Shown here one piece after another: positions 62,433-64,000 of a stretch of DNA of 64,000 nucleotides. The stretch lies in NCBI RefSeq assembly GCF_963853765.1, contig NC_088859.1, positions 19,158,001 to 19,222,000 on the forward strand, written 5' to 3'. The stretch is from Magallana gigas. Lineage: Eukaryota. How positions within the stretch are numbered: position 1 is the first letter of the stretch; every line of letters starts with the position of its first letter. The position numbers and the translations under genes were made by a program. The notes beneath the pieces were generated by a model. The model was not told where the DNA came from. It did not search any database and worked only from the letters and a program-made list of their open reading frames with translations.

Positions 62433-64000
62433 TTAAGTAACAAAGTCTGCAAATTTGCCAGGAATTTTAAAGGTACGTCCAGAACGAGTTTGTCTCGATT
62501 CCTCAGATTTTTTTAGCGCTTGTACTTGTGGACTCTTGTACAGGTTTCGAACGAATGTCTGTGGGGCCATCACTGTCTGGAATCCAGAGATCAAAATCCT
62601 CACTGACTACCGTTTAGGTTTCTCTGATTTAATTGGTTTCAGCATACTTTGATTCCGCCTACACCGTTTCCAATCACACGATACCAAGAAGGTTTTGGAA
62701 GCGGAAGTTTGGACTCCACGGTAGCGTGTCTCCATGTGTTGCAATCTTGTACATAACATTGTCTTCTGGGTGCAGCTCTGGAAGATTCTTTGTTCCTCTG
62801 CGGTCATGGAATTTTTTGTACTGCATCTGTCGGGCTTGTAGTTTGGCATGCTGGTTGTTCCCTACCAGACGAAGAAGATCTGCGGTTACATGTAAGTTTG
62901 TTATCAGACGACGTCCTATAAATATCTGCGCTGGTGATTTTCCAAGCCCTTGAATTTTAGTGTTGCGATAGGCCGTTATTGCTTTGTAAGGGTCTTTGTT
63001 TTTCTTGAGGATCCGCTTGGCAGTTTGTACCATTCTCTCTGCCTGTCCATCTAATCTAGGATATAAAGGACTTGACGTACTGTGTACAAATGCACATTCC
63101 TTGGCAAAGTCTCTAAACTCTTTGCTTGCATATTGAGGACCATTGTCAGATATTGATTAATTAGGAATTCCATATTTGGAGAAAATGCTCTTCAGTGAGT
63201 TAATAACTTTGAAGCGATGACAGGTCCTTTAGGATCATGATCTTAAACCATTTTGAGTAGTGATCGGCTATAAGTAGATAATGATTTTGCTGATACACAA
63301 ATTTATCAGATGCAATCTTCGACCATGGACGGTCTGGTAACTCCACACATATCAAAGGTTCTTAAGCGTAGTGAATTTGAACTTCTGCACAAATATGACA
63401 CTTGGATACTTTGTCTTCAATTTGCACTGCCATGCCGGGCCAGTACATACATTCACGTGCTCTGCTCTTGCACTTTACGATTCCGAGATGTGATTCATGA
63501 ACTATGTCTACCATTTTCTGTTGCATTGATTTTGGAATGATGAGTTTGCTGCCTTTGAATAATAGTCCATCTACGTGAGATATCTCATCACAAAATGTCC
63601 AATAAGGAAGTAAACACGAAGGTAACCTTAGTTTGTTTTCAGGCAAGCCTAACGATATTAATGGTAATGGTATTAAGAAGATGCTGTAAGGTCGAGTCAC
63701 ATAAAGTTTTACGCTAAATTTCTTTGTAGCGGTCCGATGTTATAGGAAAGTGTTGGTTGAGTGTAATGCTGTTAACCTCTGCTTCCGGTACCAGTGTTTG
63801 CTTGGTGTAATTAAGATATTGTCAACATCCGCGACAAACATAATTTTTCCAGGTTTTTATTCAATCTTTAAGACGTATTTATGGACGGCAAGTAGTAGTC
63901 TCTGTAAGCACAGAGGAGCTGAAAGTAGTGGTTTACGAGTGATTGATTCTAGGGGTTTGTGGTCAGACTCTACAGTAACTGTTCTACCAAAAATGTACTA
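62433..64000 (-). mobile_element. Degenerate Ty3/Gypsy pol (RNase H, zinc-binding and core integrase), truncated by the window edge
   Basis: YIFGRTVTVESDHKPL (RNase H); HESHLGIVKCKSRARECMYWPGM...CHIC (integrase HHCC); ISDNGPQY..EF...SSP.YP..DGQAERMVQTAK (core); ends TRSGRTFKIPGKFADFVT*. Contains stops and frameshifts. Confidence 0.92.

Overview
AT-rich eukaryotic genomic DNA with four N gaps (484-641, 34530-34657, 59200-59376, 60400-60549). The repeat content, notably a Helentron-type element with Cg170-like monomers, suggests an oyster (Crassostrea/Magallana-like); this is inference from recalled repeat families. The window holds a tandem array of three paralogous intron-containing + strand genes. 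Gene B (start 18995) has a signal peptide, a 10-Cys mini-domain, a non-canonical F-type-lectin/discoidin-like domain and a 1065-nt laminin/EGF-like repeat exon. Gene A is present from its lectin exons onward. Gene C (start 59640) shows only its first two exons. No transmembrane exon was found. Instead, units A and B each carry broken exons of a receptor-type protein tyrosine phosphatase (PTP) D2-like domain downstream on the opposite strand, a domain usually found in the same polypeptide in such receptors. The lectin exons of A and B are more diverged than the adjacent intron, while the EGF exon and about 5.4 kb around it are nearly identical. The rest is a patchwork of mobile elements: a Penelope-like element with a minimal hammerhead ribozyme, Naiad-like RT fragments, a 3.26-kb TIR element with CCGG TSD, several MITEs confirmed by empty sites in paralogous sequence, an internal segmental duplication, and a degenerate Ty3/Gypsy element at the right end. 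Alignments and counts were done by eye.
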